Virus record (IMG/VR): IMGVR_UViG_3300007643_000036
Coordinates: 1 to 33,000 of that record
Origin: a virus
Lineage: Duplodnaviria > Caudoviricetes
DNA: 33,000 nt
Direction: 5' to 3' (one strand)
Under the pieces are notes generated by a model that saw only the letters and a list, made by a program, of their open reading frames with translations, did no database searches and had not been told where the DNA came from. The first letter of the stretch is position 1. Each line of letters begins with the position of its first letter. Positions 25,734 through 33,000 of this stretch are shown in pieces. The translations under genes and the position numbers were made by a program.

Positions 25734-27494
25734 ATGGCCTTTCCGGTAATTGAGAGCGTCGCTGTCACAGACGCCAAAAGCACCAGTATAAACGCTGACA
25801 TGCCTTCGGGCGTGGTGAGCGGTGATTTATTGCTGATGCTAATCGGTGTTCGGGGCGATGCTCTTGATGTAGGCTTTCCTTCGGGTTGGACTGCGCTTGA
25901 GGAAGACATCTTTGATGATCCGTGCTTTGCCGCTTGCTGGAAAATCTCGGATGGAAGTGAAGGTTCCACAGAAACTGTTACATTCGATGATGACAAAGAT
26001 ACCGTCATTTCCACATTCAGGATTAGCGGACACAACGACACCGCGCCTGAATTAACCACAGCCACTGGCGACAGCGATACACCTAACCCGCCAAACCTTG
26101 TTCCAAGTTGGGGCAGCAAGGAAACGCTCTGGATCGTCTTTGGCAACGTCAACGATGGCAAGACGTTTGAAAGCATCCCTGCAAACTACAGCACTGAGGT
26201 CACGCAGAAAGAGGGCCAGTGTTCGGTTAAGATCGTTTCCCGCGAACTTGAGGCGACAAGCGAAAACCCCGGCACCTTCGGGATCGGTTCGAATCGTGAG
26301 TGGTATTGCGTCACCGTAGGCATTGAGCCTGCTTCTGCTGGCGGTTCACTGGAAACCTCTGGTGGTGTGACGGTTCCTGTCGCCACCCTGTCAGGATCGG
26401 CTGCGGCATCTGGTTCAGCGTCTGGGGGCGTAACTGTTCCAGTCGCAACTCTATCCGGTTCTGCGGCTGGTGCGGGTTCTGCATCGGGTGGCGTTTCTAT
26501 TCCGACACAAACGCTTTCCGGCAGTGCGGCGCTGGAAGTCGCTGCGTCCGGTGGTGTGGAAATTCCCCTGCAAACGACTGCGGGTTCTGCTGATGCGTTG
26601 GCCGCTGCGTCAGGGGCAATTGAAATGCCTGTGCCGACACTCGCAGGCAGTGCGGGGGCGGAAGTCGCAGTGTCTGGCGGCGTGGAAATTCCGGTTCCAG
26701 GGCTTTCCGGCTCCGCTTCGGCGTCTGCGGTTGCATCTGGCGGCGCAACGATACCGGTTCAGGATATCTCTGGCGCAGCATCGGTGGCAGCTGGATCTCT
26801 GGCCGCTTCTGGCGGCGTATCTATCCCCGTGCAGTCACTATCAGGCGCGGCGGGTGCAGAGGCTGGTTCAAGCGGCGGCGTAACACTGCCCATCCTGACT
26901 CTATCAGGCAGCGCAGGGGCGTCTGCTGACGCTTCGGGCGGGGTCACTGTGCCGTTGTTCGAGCTTTCCGGCTCTGCTGCTGCGTTGGGGGCCACATCGG
27001 GCGCGATTAGCGTTCCCGTTCCATTGGTGTCTGGATCGGCCAGCGCGGTTGCACAGGGCGAGTCTGCTACTGGCGCGGTTTCAATTCCGCTGCCAACGGC
27101 CATTGGATCAGCTGCGGCGGCTGGTGCGGTATCAGGCGCAATCACAATTCCGGCGGCGATTATAAGCGGGGATTCTGCGGCAATCGCAGGCGTCACTGGT
27201 GGCGTCAGCATACCGATTGCGACGGTTTCGGGTTCTGCGAACGCCCAGGCAGACGTATCAGGCGGGGTGAGCATTCCTGCGCTGACAATTGCAGGTAACG
27301 CGGCGGTGTCAGGCATTTTGTCGCCATTCTTCGTTTCACCCGCAAACTCGCGGCAGGTTGGCACACTCACGGCATCACGCAAAATCGGCAGCGTGTCACC
27401 TTCTCGTAAGGCAGGCACAGTCACGGCATCCAGACGCGCGGGAACGCTGACCGCTTCGCGCAACGCAGGAACATTCACAAGATTTGAGGCATGA
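25734..27494 (+). CDS. Repeat-rich fibre-like protein
   Basis: ~200-aa globular N-domain, then 15 copies of a 21-aa repeat SGGV.IP...LSGSA (two are 24 aa), then five 9-aa T.TASR.AG repeats. Confidence 0.75.
   Translation: MAFPVIESVAVTDAKSTSINADMPSGVVSGDLLLMLIGVRGDALDVGFPSGWTALEEDIFDDPCFAACWKISDGSEGSTETVTFDDDKDTVISTFRISGHNDTAPELTTATGDSDTPNPPNLVPSWGSKETLWIVFGNVNDGKTFESIPANYSTEVTQKEGQCSVKIVSRELEATSENPGTFGIGSNREWYCVTVGIEPASAGGSLETSGGVTVPVATLSGSAAASGSASGGVTVPVATLSGSAAGAGSASGGVSIPTQTLSGSAALEVAASGGVEIPLQTTAGSADALAAASGAIEMPVPTLAGSAGAEVAVSGGVEIPVPGLSGSASASAVASGGATIPVQDISGAASVAAGSLAASGGVSIPVQSLSGAAGAEAGSSGGVTLPILTLSGSAGASADASGGVTVPLFELSGSAAALGATSGAISVPVPLVSGSASAVAQGESATGAVSIPLPTAIGSAAAAGAVSGAITIPAAIISGDSAAIAGVTGGVSIPIATVSGSANAQADVSGGVSIPALTIAGNAAVSGILSPFFVSPANSRQVGTLTASRKIGSVSPSRKAGTVTASRRAGTLTASRNAGTFTRFEA
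26358..27320 (+). repeat. Degenerate 63-bp coding tandem repeat (about 15 units)
   Basis: 21-aa periodicity is visible in the translation; codons have diverged between units. Confidence 0.85.
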
Positions 27495-27495
27495 A

Positions 27496-27825
27496 ATGAG
27501 CGAGACATTCTACATTAAGCGCGGCGACCGCAAATACGGCATTGAATACACCCTCAGCACATATGTTCAGGGTGGCGCGCATCTTGCGGGTGCCTCTGCG
27601 AAGTTTCAAATGATGGATCAAGCGGGGGCCACTGTGATCAGCCAAGACGCTGTGATCCATGACGATGACGGGGTGCTGCGGTATTCATTCGGAGCAGGTG
27701 AAACTGACACCGCTGGTCTTTATTCTGCGGAGTTCAAAATCACCTTTGGCGACGGGTTGGTTGCGACTGAGCCGAATGACGGGTTTTTCACCGTCAAAAT
27801 CGGTGCTGATGTGCCTGATAGTTGA
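27496..27825 (+). CDS. BppU N-terminal-like fibre anchor protein
   Basis: FYIKRGD...L.GASAKF.M...GVLRYSF..GETDTAGLY.AEFKITF.DG...T.PNDG pattern. Confidence 0.65.
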   Translation: MSETFYIKRGDRKYGIEYTLSTYVQGGAHLAGASAKFQMMDQAGATVISQDAVIHDDDGVLRYSFGAGETDTAGLYSAEFKITFGDGLVATEPNDGFFTVKIGADVPDS

Positions 27826-27914
27826 TCAGCCTGTCTGGCGTTACGCTTTAATGCTTTAATGGCGGTGCAATTCGCCATTGGCGCGCAGTTTTATGACGTT
27901 CCTTCCGTGTTCAG

Positions 27915-28229
27915 TCAGTTTTCGGTAGAGTGATCGGCTGACATTGCCGCTATAGTGTTGCGGTGAAATGCTTCCAGTTCGTCGACCCATTGCTGCATGA
28001 ACCGCAGATCACCGTCTGTTTCGTCCAATCCGTCATCAAGTCCAGCGTTCATCACGGCAAAGAGTTCAGCAGCGCCAGCAAAAAAGCAAGTGCGCATTTC
28101 GCGCATTTGATCGGCTGGCGCGTCTGGATACACATGCTCTTGAAAGACCTTGAAGCATGTGTCGATCAGCTTTCCCCTGCGTGCCAATTTGCGGATCTTT
28201 GTTAAGGCGATCTTGTCTATGCTTGGCAT
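27915..28229 (-). CDS. Hypothetical phage protein
   Basis: Start at ATG 28229 after GGAG; contains QMREMRTCFFAGA. Confidence 0.7.
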   Translation of the reverse strand: MPSIDKIALTKIRKLARRGKLIDTCFKVFQEHVYPDAPADQMREMRTCFFAGAAELFAVMNAGLDDGLDETDGDLRFMQQWVDELEAFHRNTIAAMSADHSTEN

Positions 28230-28231
28230 GT

Positions 28232-28483
28232 CTACTCCGGTGCTGGTTGGGTTGTGATTAAAACAGGCTGGAAGATTGGGCTGGTTATGATGTCGTCGCC
28301 AATGATCGAAAGGCGAACCGCACCACCGTTGTTTAGATCGTGAAGCTCTTTTGGTGTCGGCTCCCAAATCGAAGTCATGTAATTCACACCATCTATGCGC
28401 TCGTCAACAATGGACAGGCCGATGTATTCTGGCTGATCCTCTGCAAGGCGTCGGGTGGCGTTCGTTGGTCTAAGCGGGGTCAT
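28232..28483 (-). CDS. Hypothetical phage protein
   Basis: AEDQPEY..L...SIWEPTPKEL..LNNGG pattern; AGGAAGG RBS. Confidence 0.7.
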   Translation of the reverse strand: MTPLRPTNATRRLAEDQPEYIGLSIVDERIDGVNYMTSIWEPTPKELHDLNNGGAVRLSIIGDDIITSPIFQPVLITTQPAPE

Positions 28484-28496
28484 TCGTCAGACCTTC

Positions 28497-28769
28497 CTAT
28501 TCTTTGTTATCGAAATCTTGGCCCAGATCGGCCAAATCTTTAAGCGCCTGCTCTTTCTCGGGCGTCCATGCCTTTCCAAAGGCGACTCCGACCTTATATG
28601 CGTGGCGATTAGGTGCCTTGAGCGCGGATACAACTTGGTCTGCAATACCTTGCGGATCGTCTGTGTTCCGAACCGACAATATCCCGATGCAAGCGCCCAT
28701 GTCGTCAAGAAGCATGATCGACTGTCCTACGATGGATGAATATGCGACCTTTTCGGCGTCATGGATCAT
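28497..28769 (-). CDS. Hypothetical protein
   Basis: AAAGGA RBS; in the leftward operon. Confidence 0.65.
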   Translation of the reverse strand: MIHDAEKVAYSSIVGQSIMLLDDMGACIGILSVRNTDDPQGIADQVVSALKAPNRHAYKVGVAFGKAWTPEKEQALKDLADLGQDFDNKE

Positions 28770-28790
28770 TTTCTATTCCTTTCTTGTTAA

Positions 28791-29645
28791 CTATGCGGTG
28801 ACGCGGAAGCCTGCCGCATTGCGATGGCCTCCCCCGCCATTCGCTTTTGCGATTTCCGACACGTCCATTCGATCATCCGTCGAGCGGAGAGAGTAGGTCG
28901 TGCCATCGAATGACCGAACCACACAGGCGGCAAATGGCGCATCGGGGTTTCGGTGCAGAAGTTCGTTTGCAGTTTCAGAAACGAAATCGTATGAACACGC
29001 CGCCACTGGAACCTTGTGTCCCGCGATTTCTTCTTGGAAAGCGGTGTCGCAGATGTTGCTGATGATCATGTCAACATATCGACGAATCGCGACGCCTTCG
29101 TTTGCCAGCCTCTCCGCCGTAAACATATCCCAGAGTTCAAAATCTCTGGGCATTGAGCGGATGGAAATGCTGATTTCTTTGGTCGCCCTCAATTCAAAGC
29201 GCCAAAGATCGCGATCCTCGACGGCGGCGAACCAATCAGGCATGGGGTCATTGCCAAAGCAGTATTCCCACGCCATGCGGCAACCCGATTTTTTCATGTT
29301 GAAACAGACGCCAACGCCCTCAATCAACTTATCGGCGTAGCGTTTCTCAAACGGACCGCCAACGCACTCCAGATTAATAAAATCTGCCAGTTCCGCCTCG
29401 GCAGTTTTGTGGTGATCGAGGACGATGATGCGTTTGGCCTGATCTGCCATCGCCTGCATCACATCCTTTTTGAATGAAAAATCAACGATCAGAACATCTT
29501 GGCCGGTCACGTCAGGCGCATCTTGACCATATTGGCAAGGCACGTAGCTGACGGCATCGCCAAACCGCTTCCAGACGGCGTAGGCGGCGGCGAATCCATC
29601 GTCGCAATTGTCATGGTAGATGCAAATATCCGGTGACTTAGACAT
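28791..29645 (-). CDS. DHH/DHHA1-family phosphoesterase
   Basis: YHDNCDDG, IVDFS, VLDHHKT, EDRDLW, YSLRS and GGGGHRNAAGF motifs. Confidence 0.9.
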   Translation of the reverse strand: MSKSPDICIYHDNCDDGFAAAYAVWKRFGDAVSYVPCQYGQDAPDVTGQDVLIVDFSFKKDVMQAMADQAKRIIVLDHHKTAEAELADFINLECVGGPFEKRYADKLIEGVGVCFNMKKSGCRMAWEYCFGNDPMPDWFAAVEDRDLWRFELRATKEISISIRSMPRDFELWDMFTAERLANEGVAIRRYVDMIISNICDTAFQEEIAGHKVPVAACSYDFVSETANELLHRNPDAPFAACVVRSFDGTTYSLRSTDDRMDVSEIAKANGGGGHRNAAGFRVTA

Positions 29646-29661
29646 GATCGTTCCTTCCGTG

Positions 29662-30033
29662 TTATCCGCCTACTGAGCGGTCGTGTTCGATTGCCTTCTC
29701 TGGATCGGATGTGCGCCAATCAGGCCAAACACGTATCTCGTTAGTGTCCTGTTTTTCTCGAATTAGGCGACAGGCCATATCGGCCACTTCGGCGTTTGTG
29801 GGTTCGCCCGCGCCGATCTGCCGCAACTGATCAGCACACGACCGTAGTAGACCGTCCAGCCCCAGAATGGCTACGTCAGTCCACTCTTCGCTGCGCTCTG
29901 CTGCGGTTGTTGCAGTCTGCACTTCGATCAACTCTTTTCGGATGTGATCTGACACGCCATTGGTGCGCGCGCCGGGTCCGAACGTTGCGCGACTGAATGC
30001 TGCCTGCCGCCTAAGATGCTCAAATAGATTCAT
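29662..30033 (-). CDS. DUF550-like (dATP/dGTP pyrophosphohydrolase-like, MazG-type) protein
   Basis: FSRATFGPG...DHIRKELIEV...EEWTDVAILGLDG...KQ..NE.R.WPDWR...AIEHDR; start 30033 after AAAGGA. Confidence 0.8.
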   Translation of the reverse strand: MNLFEHLRRQAAFSRATFGPGARTNGVSDHIRKELIEVQTATTAAERSEEWTDVAILGLDGLLRSCADQLRQIGAGEPTNAEVADMACRLIREKQDTNEIRVWPDWRTSDPEKAIEHDRSVGG

Positions 30034-30071
30034 GACGTTCCTTTCATTTGAAGTCTGTCTTTGTGACTTCC

Positions 30072-30114
30072 TGTGTCTCAAATAGAATATAGCGACACAA
30101 ATAGAAATATTCAA
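30072..30114 (-). promoter_or_regulatory. Sigma70-like promoter of the leftward accessory operon
   Basis: Minus strand TTGAAT (30114-30109)-17 bp-TATATT (30091-30086). It overlaps the inverted repeat TGTGTC...GACACA (30072-30099) and the direct repeat CAAATAGAA. Confidence 0.6.
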
Positions 30115-30165
30115 GTTTTTATTTATACCTTGTATATTCGGCTATTTTCATTTACCCATATTGGC

Positions 30166-30636
30166 ATGAAGATATTTGCTTATTCTTACCGCAAAGACCC
30201 CGTCGCGCTGCGAAACGCTGGCGCGACTGTTATCTTTGTGGATACCTCCCCCGATAGAACAGAGCGAGCGAACATGATGCACAGGCTCGGCCTGCGTCGT
30301 GGTGATACGCTATTGCTCTATTCTCTGCGCGACCTCGGCGGCAGTCCGGCAGGCGATGCCAAGTGGCGGCAGATGGTCGAGGATCGAGGCGTGTCCATTG
30401 AAATTGTCAAAGTCGAAAATCAGCCAAAGAAGGTGGGTCCGAAGGCGAAGTATCGCCCTGGCGTCGATGGTGCGAAAATGGATCGTGCCGTTTGGCTGGA
30501 TGAAACGCGATCAGAGCGCGACAGGCTCAAAGCAATAAGCGCGCGCAATGGACACGAAGTGACGCGGGGAATGGTGATTGGCCGCTATGGCTGGCCATCA
30601 AGGCCCAAGCCGTTTGACCCCGATGATTTCAAATGA
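30166..30636 (+). CDS. Degenerate serine resolvase-like protein
   Basis: ALRNAGATVIFVD...R...LRRGDTLLLYSLRDLG resembles the resolvase catalytic domain, but the YARVST motif is absent. Confidence 0.55.
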   Translation: MKIFAYSYRKDPVALRNAGATVIFVDTSPDRTERANMMHRLGLRRGDTLLLYSLRDLGGSPAGDAKWRQMVEDRGVSIEIVKVENQPKKVGPKAKYRPGVDGAKMDRAVWLDETRSERDRLKAISARNGHEVTRGMVIGRYGWPSRPKPFDPDDFK

Positions 30637-30815
30637 ATGGAGGCAAGTCGATGGTTCCTAAGGCCATGACATTCAAGGGGCCAGCGCGGAGCTTCGGAGA
30701 GCTTCGTGCAAGAGTTTCTCTGGTCCGGTGGTTGGCGCGGCGTCACGGATGCCTCTACGGTCGGGGCAATGCACCGACTGCGTGGAACTTCAAACTAACA
30801 AACGATCAAAGTTGA
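30633..30815 (+). CDS. Small hypothetical protein
   Basis: Coupled to its neighbours; GGAGG before an alternative ATG at 30651. Confidence 0.45.
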   Translation: MNGGKSMVPKAMTFKGPARSFGELRARVSLVRWLARRHGCLYGRGNAPTAWNFKLTNDQS

Positions 30816-31096
30816 TGAGGCATAGCGTGACCCTAGATCGTATTCGAAACACTATCGCGGAAACCGGCGCAAGCATTCGGGAGGTGGCGGATCAATCAGG
30901 CGTGTCGTTCTCAACTATTGCTAGAGCATTGCGTGGTGAGGGCAGTCTTTCTCCGAGGACCGACGCTAAACTGCGTCGATGGCTTGGCGACACCGTTCCA
31001 GAGTTGCCCGAAACAATACCAATGCCGCAGAGCCGCGCCCATGCTGAAATGATGTTATTGGTGGCGGAGCGATACCTAAAAGACAATCAAAGTTAG
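30815..31096 (+). CDS. XRE-like HTH DNA-binding protein
   Basis: SIREVADQSGVSFSTIARALRG; TGATG-coupled start at 30815. Confidence 0.8.
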   Translation: MRHSVTLDRIRNTIAETGASIREVADQSGVSFSTIARALRGEGSLSPRTDAKLRRWLGDTVPELPETIPMPQSRAHAEMMLLVAERYLKDNQS

Positions 31097-31107
31097 GGAG
31101 CGATGCG

Positions 31108-31329
31108 ATGGCACTCAGGATCAGAAGCGATGGCCGCGTATTCTGCGCAGCCCTACGCCCTGAAATGCAGGGTGATACCTACCTCGATGATGAAATCCAC
31201 TATCAGTTATCTGCGGTTCACAAGGCTCTTGTCACTGAGCCGATGGACCTTCACGCGAAACACGCGGAATGGTGGTGGCGCGGTTCGGTGCCGGATGGTG
31301 TTGAAATTGCCGCCCACTACGCGACATAG
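31108..31329 (+). CDS. Hypothetical protein
   Basis: GGGAG RBS; 73 aa. Confidence 0.65.
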   Translation: MALRIRSDGRVFCAALRPEMQGDTYLDDEIHYQLSAVHKALVTEPMDLHAKHAEWWWRGSVPDGVEIAAHYAT

Positions 31330-31404
31330 AGGCATCCCCCCCCAAGATTGAGCGCGATTGACCAAAGCGGCCTGCGCTGCCCTCCGAAGGCAGGGGGGGG
31401 GCTG

Positions 31405-31620
31405 TTAAGTGCTTTCCGGCGGTTGCGGCATCTCAATTTCTGGACAAGGCTCGTCGTGATAATATTCCCAATCGGCGCGAGCCTTCCGGCGATCCTCTGA
31501 GTGTTCCACGCAGTGTTCACAAAGGTCAATTGGTTCCTCATATATAAACCCGTCTTCATCACGAAAAGATTCGTGAACCAAGGTGTGTGCTATCCCGCAG
31601 TATCTGCAACAAATCTCCAT
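31405..31620 (-). CDS. Small Zn-finger-like protein
   Basis: CRYC and CEHC pairs; AAAGGA RBS. Confidence 0.6.
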   Translation of the reverse strand: MEICCRYCGIAHTLVHESFRDEDGFIYEEPIDLCEHCVEHSEDRRKARADWEYYHDEPCPEIEMPQPPEST

Positions 31621-31663
31621 TCCATTTCCTTTCCGTGTTTCACACTTTCACACTATGTTTTCG

Positions 31664-32386
31664 TTATGTCTTGTGAGCGGAAATCTTGCGAAGGTGTATT
31701 GCCGCGCAGATGTTGGAAAAAGCGTCGTCTGTTGTCTTTCCCTTTGCCATATTGGCCGAGTGGCAAAGCAGTCGACAGTTGTCAGGGGTATAAGACCCAT
31801 CGGAGTCTATGCGATCTATGACAGGCATGTATGGACAATGCAGGCCGCCATCCCGGAACATCGGCAATCCTGATAGCGCACAGCGCCCCCTCTGCTTGAT
31901 ATAGGTATTCTTCATCCAGTCAGCGGGAAGGGTGTAGTCTCTGCCATTTTTATTCGCCCGATTGTTGGCCGCTGTCTCTGACATTTCAAAGTGACAGTCG
32001 CCGTAAGGGGTTTTGAGTGTTTCCATTAAATCAGCAATTTCAGGAACGCCCAAGGCCACACAAAAGGCCCGGTAGTATTCGGTCGTGTATGGCGGGCCAT
32101 CTGCCGCTTCGTTCCAGAACGATGGCGCTCCATCTGCACCCCTTAACGTGTGGTATACTCCTTTAAAATGCTTCACTGTCGTAGATGGGGCGCGCAGACC
32201 GCACTTTCGCAAGGGGACTCGGCAAGTAATCCACCCCATGTCGCATTCCCTAAAACTGCGCGTCCCCCTTGGGCGCACGTCAACGCCGAACGATGAGATG
32301 ATTGGTGCGCCCTCACTAAGCAACGATAGCCGAATGATGGTTTCATGCATTCTTGCTGTGTTCGTGATGTGTTTGGGTTTCTGCAA
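31664..32386 (-). CDS. Protein with C-terminal HNH-like (His-Me finger) domain; start uncertain (possibly 32239)
   Basis: KQRGRCALSG...IDRIDSDGSYTPDNCRLLC..ANMAKG pattern. Confidence 0.65.
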   Translation of the reverse strand: MQKPKHITNTARMHETIIRLSLLSEGAPIISSFGVDVRPRGTRSFRECDMGWITCRVPLRKCGLRAPSTTVKHFKGVYHTLRGADGAPSFWNEAADGPPYTTEYYRAFCVALGVPEIADLMETLKTPYGDCHFEMSETAANNRANKNGRDYTLPADWMKNTYIKQRGRCALSGLPMFRDGGLHCPYMPVIDRIDSDGSYTPDNCRLLCHSANMAKGKTTDDAFSNICAAIHLRKISAHKT

Positions 32387-32479
32387 CGGTTTAGCCTTCT
32401 GTTATTTATAATTTGCACCAAATTTAGGTTCTGGCGCGGGGGGCAAGTCCCTTCATAGTAGATCGTTTTTCCCGTCAAC

Positions 32480-32869
32480 CTAATGGCCACGGCTGGCGTT
32501 TTCCAAAACAGCATCCCTCGCAGCAATGCGTATGCGCTTAACTTGAGCTTCCATTTCGTCTGCAATATTTAGAGCGGCGTCGCGGTCTGCATAACTTGAC
32601 AAATCCCACGTAAGGCAGTGATCAACCATTTCGCCCAAAGATATGGTGAAATGTGGTGTAAGCCCCTCCTCTTCATCAAGGTTTAACGGAACTTCTACGC
32701 ATACATCCTTGCCTTGCCATCTGAAATATGGGTGCAGGCAACCTTGCTCAAACCCGTTTGCGATTGCCTTGCTGGCTAGCTTGATAATGATTTCGTTAAA
32801 GTCTGGATCGTCGCAAAACGTCCAGCCCTCAAACGTGCCGATCTTTCCTGATACGTGTCGCATTGTCAT
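32480..32869 (-). CDS. Hypothetical protein
   Basis: AAAGGA RBS before ATG 32869. Confidence 0.65.
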   Translation of the reverse strand: MTMRHVSGKIGTFEGWTFCDDPDFNEIIIKLASKAIANGFEQGCLHPYFRWQGKDVCVEVPLNLDEEEGLTPHFTISLGEMVDHCLTWDLSSYADRDAALNIADEMEAQVKRIRIAARDAVLENASRGH

Positions 32870-32980
32870 TTCCTTTCGCGCGGTTTCTGGTTTACACAGC
32901 ACCCCGTAAGTCATTGACGCATATAGACGGTTTTCACGGGTGGTTTACTCCACATGCCATTGATATTTAACATCTATTGC

Positions 32981-32999
32981 AATCCTTCCGGGGTCGCCA
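32981..32999 (+). mobile_element. Candidate att core: isolated tRNA 3'-end fragment
   Basis: AATCCTTCCGGGGTCGCCA reads as the end of a T-loop, the 3' T-stem, the 3' acceptor strand and CCA, with no tRNA body upstream. IHF-like sequences are nearby (TAAGTCATTGA ~32908, CATTGATATT ~32958). Confidence 0.55.
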
Positions 33000-33000
33000 C

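Larger units (their letters stand above)
1..33000. mobile_element. Temperate HK97-like siphovirus (prophage or phage contig)
   Basis: Ordered immunity, replication, packaging, head, tail and lysis modules; no host housekeeping genes; integrase not in the window. Confidence 0.95.

Noticed and set aside
26358-27320. Repeats considered as a DGR template/variable pair
   Set aside because: Differences are not adenine-specific and no reverse transcriptase is in the window
25313-27508. Long antisense ORFs (287 aa and 249 aa) opposite the fibre cassette
   Set aside because: They mirror low-complexity Ser/Gly/Ala codons on the plus strand; no independent coding evidence
31335-31402. C7 and G-run pair between convergent genes
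   Set aside because: Could form a loose stem but has no U-tract; too weak to call a terminator
32981-32999. Possible tRNA gene
   Set aside because: Only the 3' 19 nt are present with no D or anticodon arms, so it is treated as an att core

Overview
The window is almost entirely a temperate, HK97/lambda-like siphovirus (prophage or phage contig). The gene content suggests an alphaproteobacterial host, probably Rhodobacteraceae (inference). Left to right it holds: leftward early genes, including a pentapeptide-repeat gene cut off by a poly-C run at the edge; a cI/cro immunity switch with four GCCAAG-N3-CTTGGC-type operators; a replication module (resolvase-like nuclease, DUF1376-type initiator, DnaA-C-like HTH, ssb); and a Q-position gene followed by a pR'/tR'-like late promoter and terminator. 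Next come HNH, terminase, portal, protease, capsid, neck and tail genes with a -1 frameshift in the tail chaperone, then a holin/SAR endolysin/spanin cassette and a second virion-fibre-like cassette. The right end has accessory genes (DHH phosphoesterase, DUF550-like, degenerate resolvase-like, HTH, HNH-like) and a tRNA 3'-end att-like core in the last 20 bp. The most striking unexplained signal is a ~65-nt three-hairpin leader with compensatory base changes. It is repeated directly upstream of the major capsid and major tail genes and pairs part of their Shine-Dalgarno sequences. All family calls come from motif recognition and synteny, not database searches.
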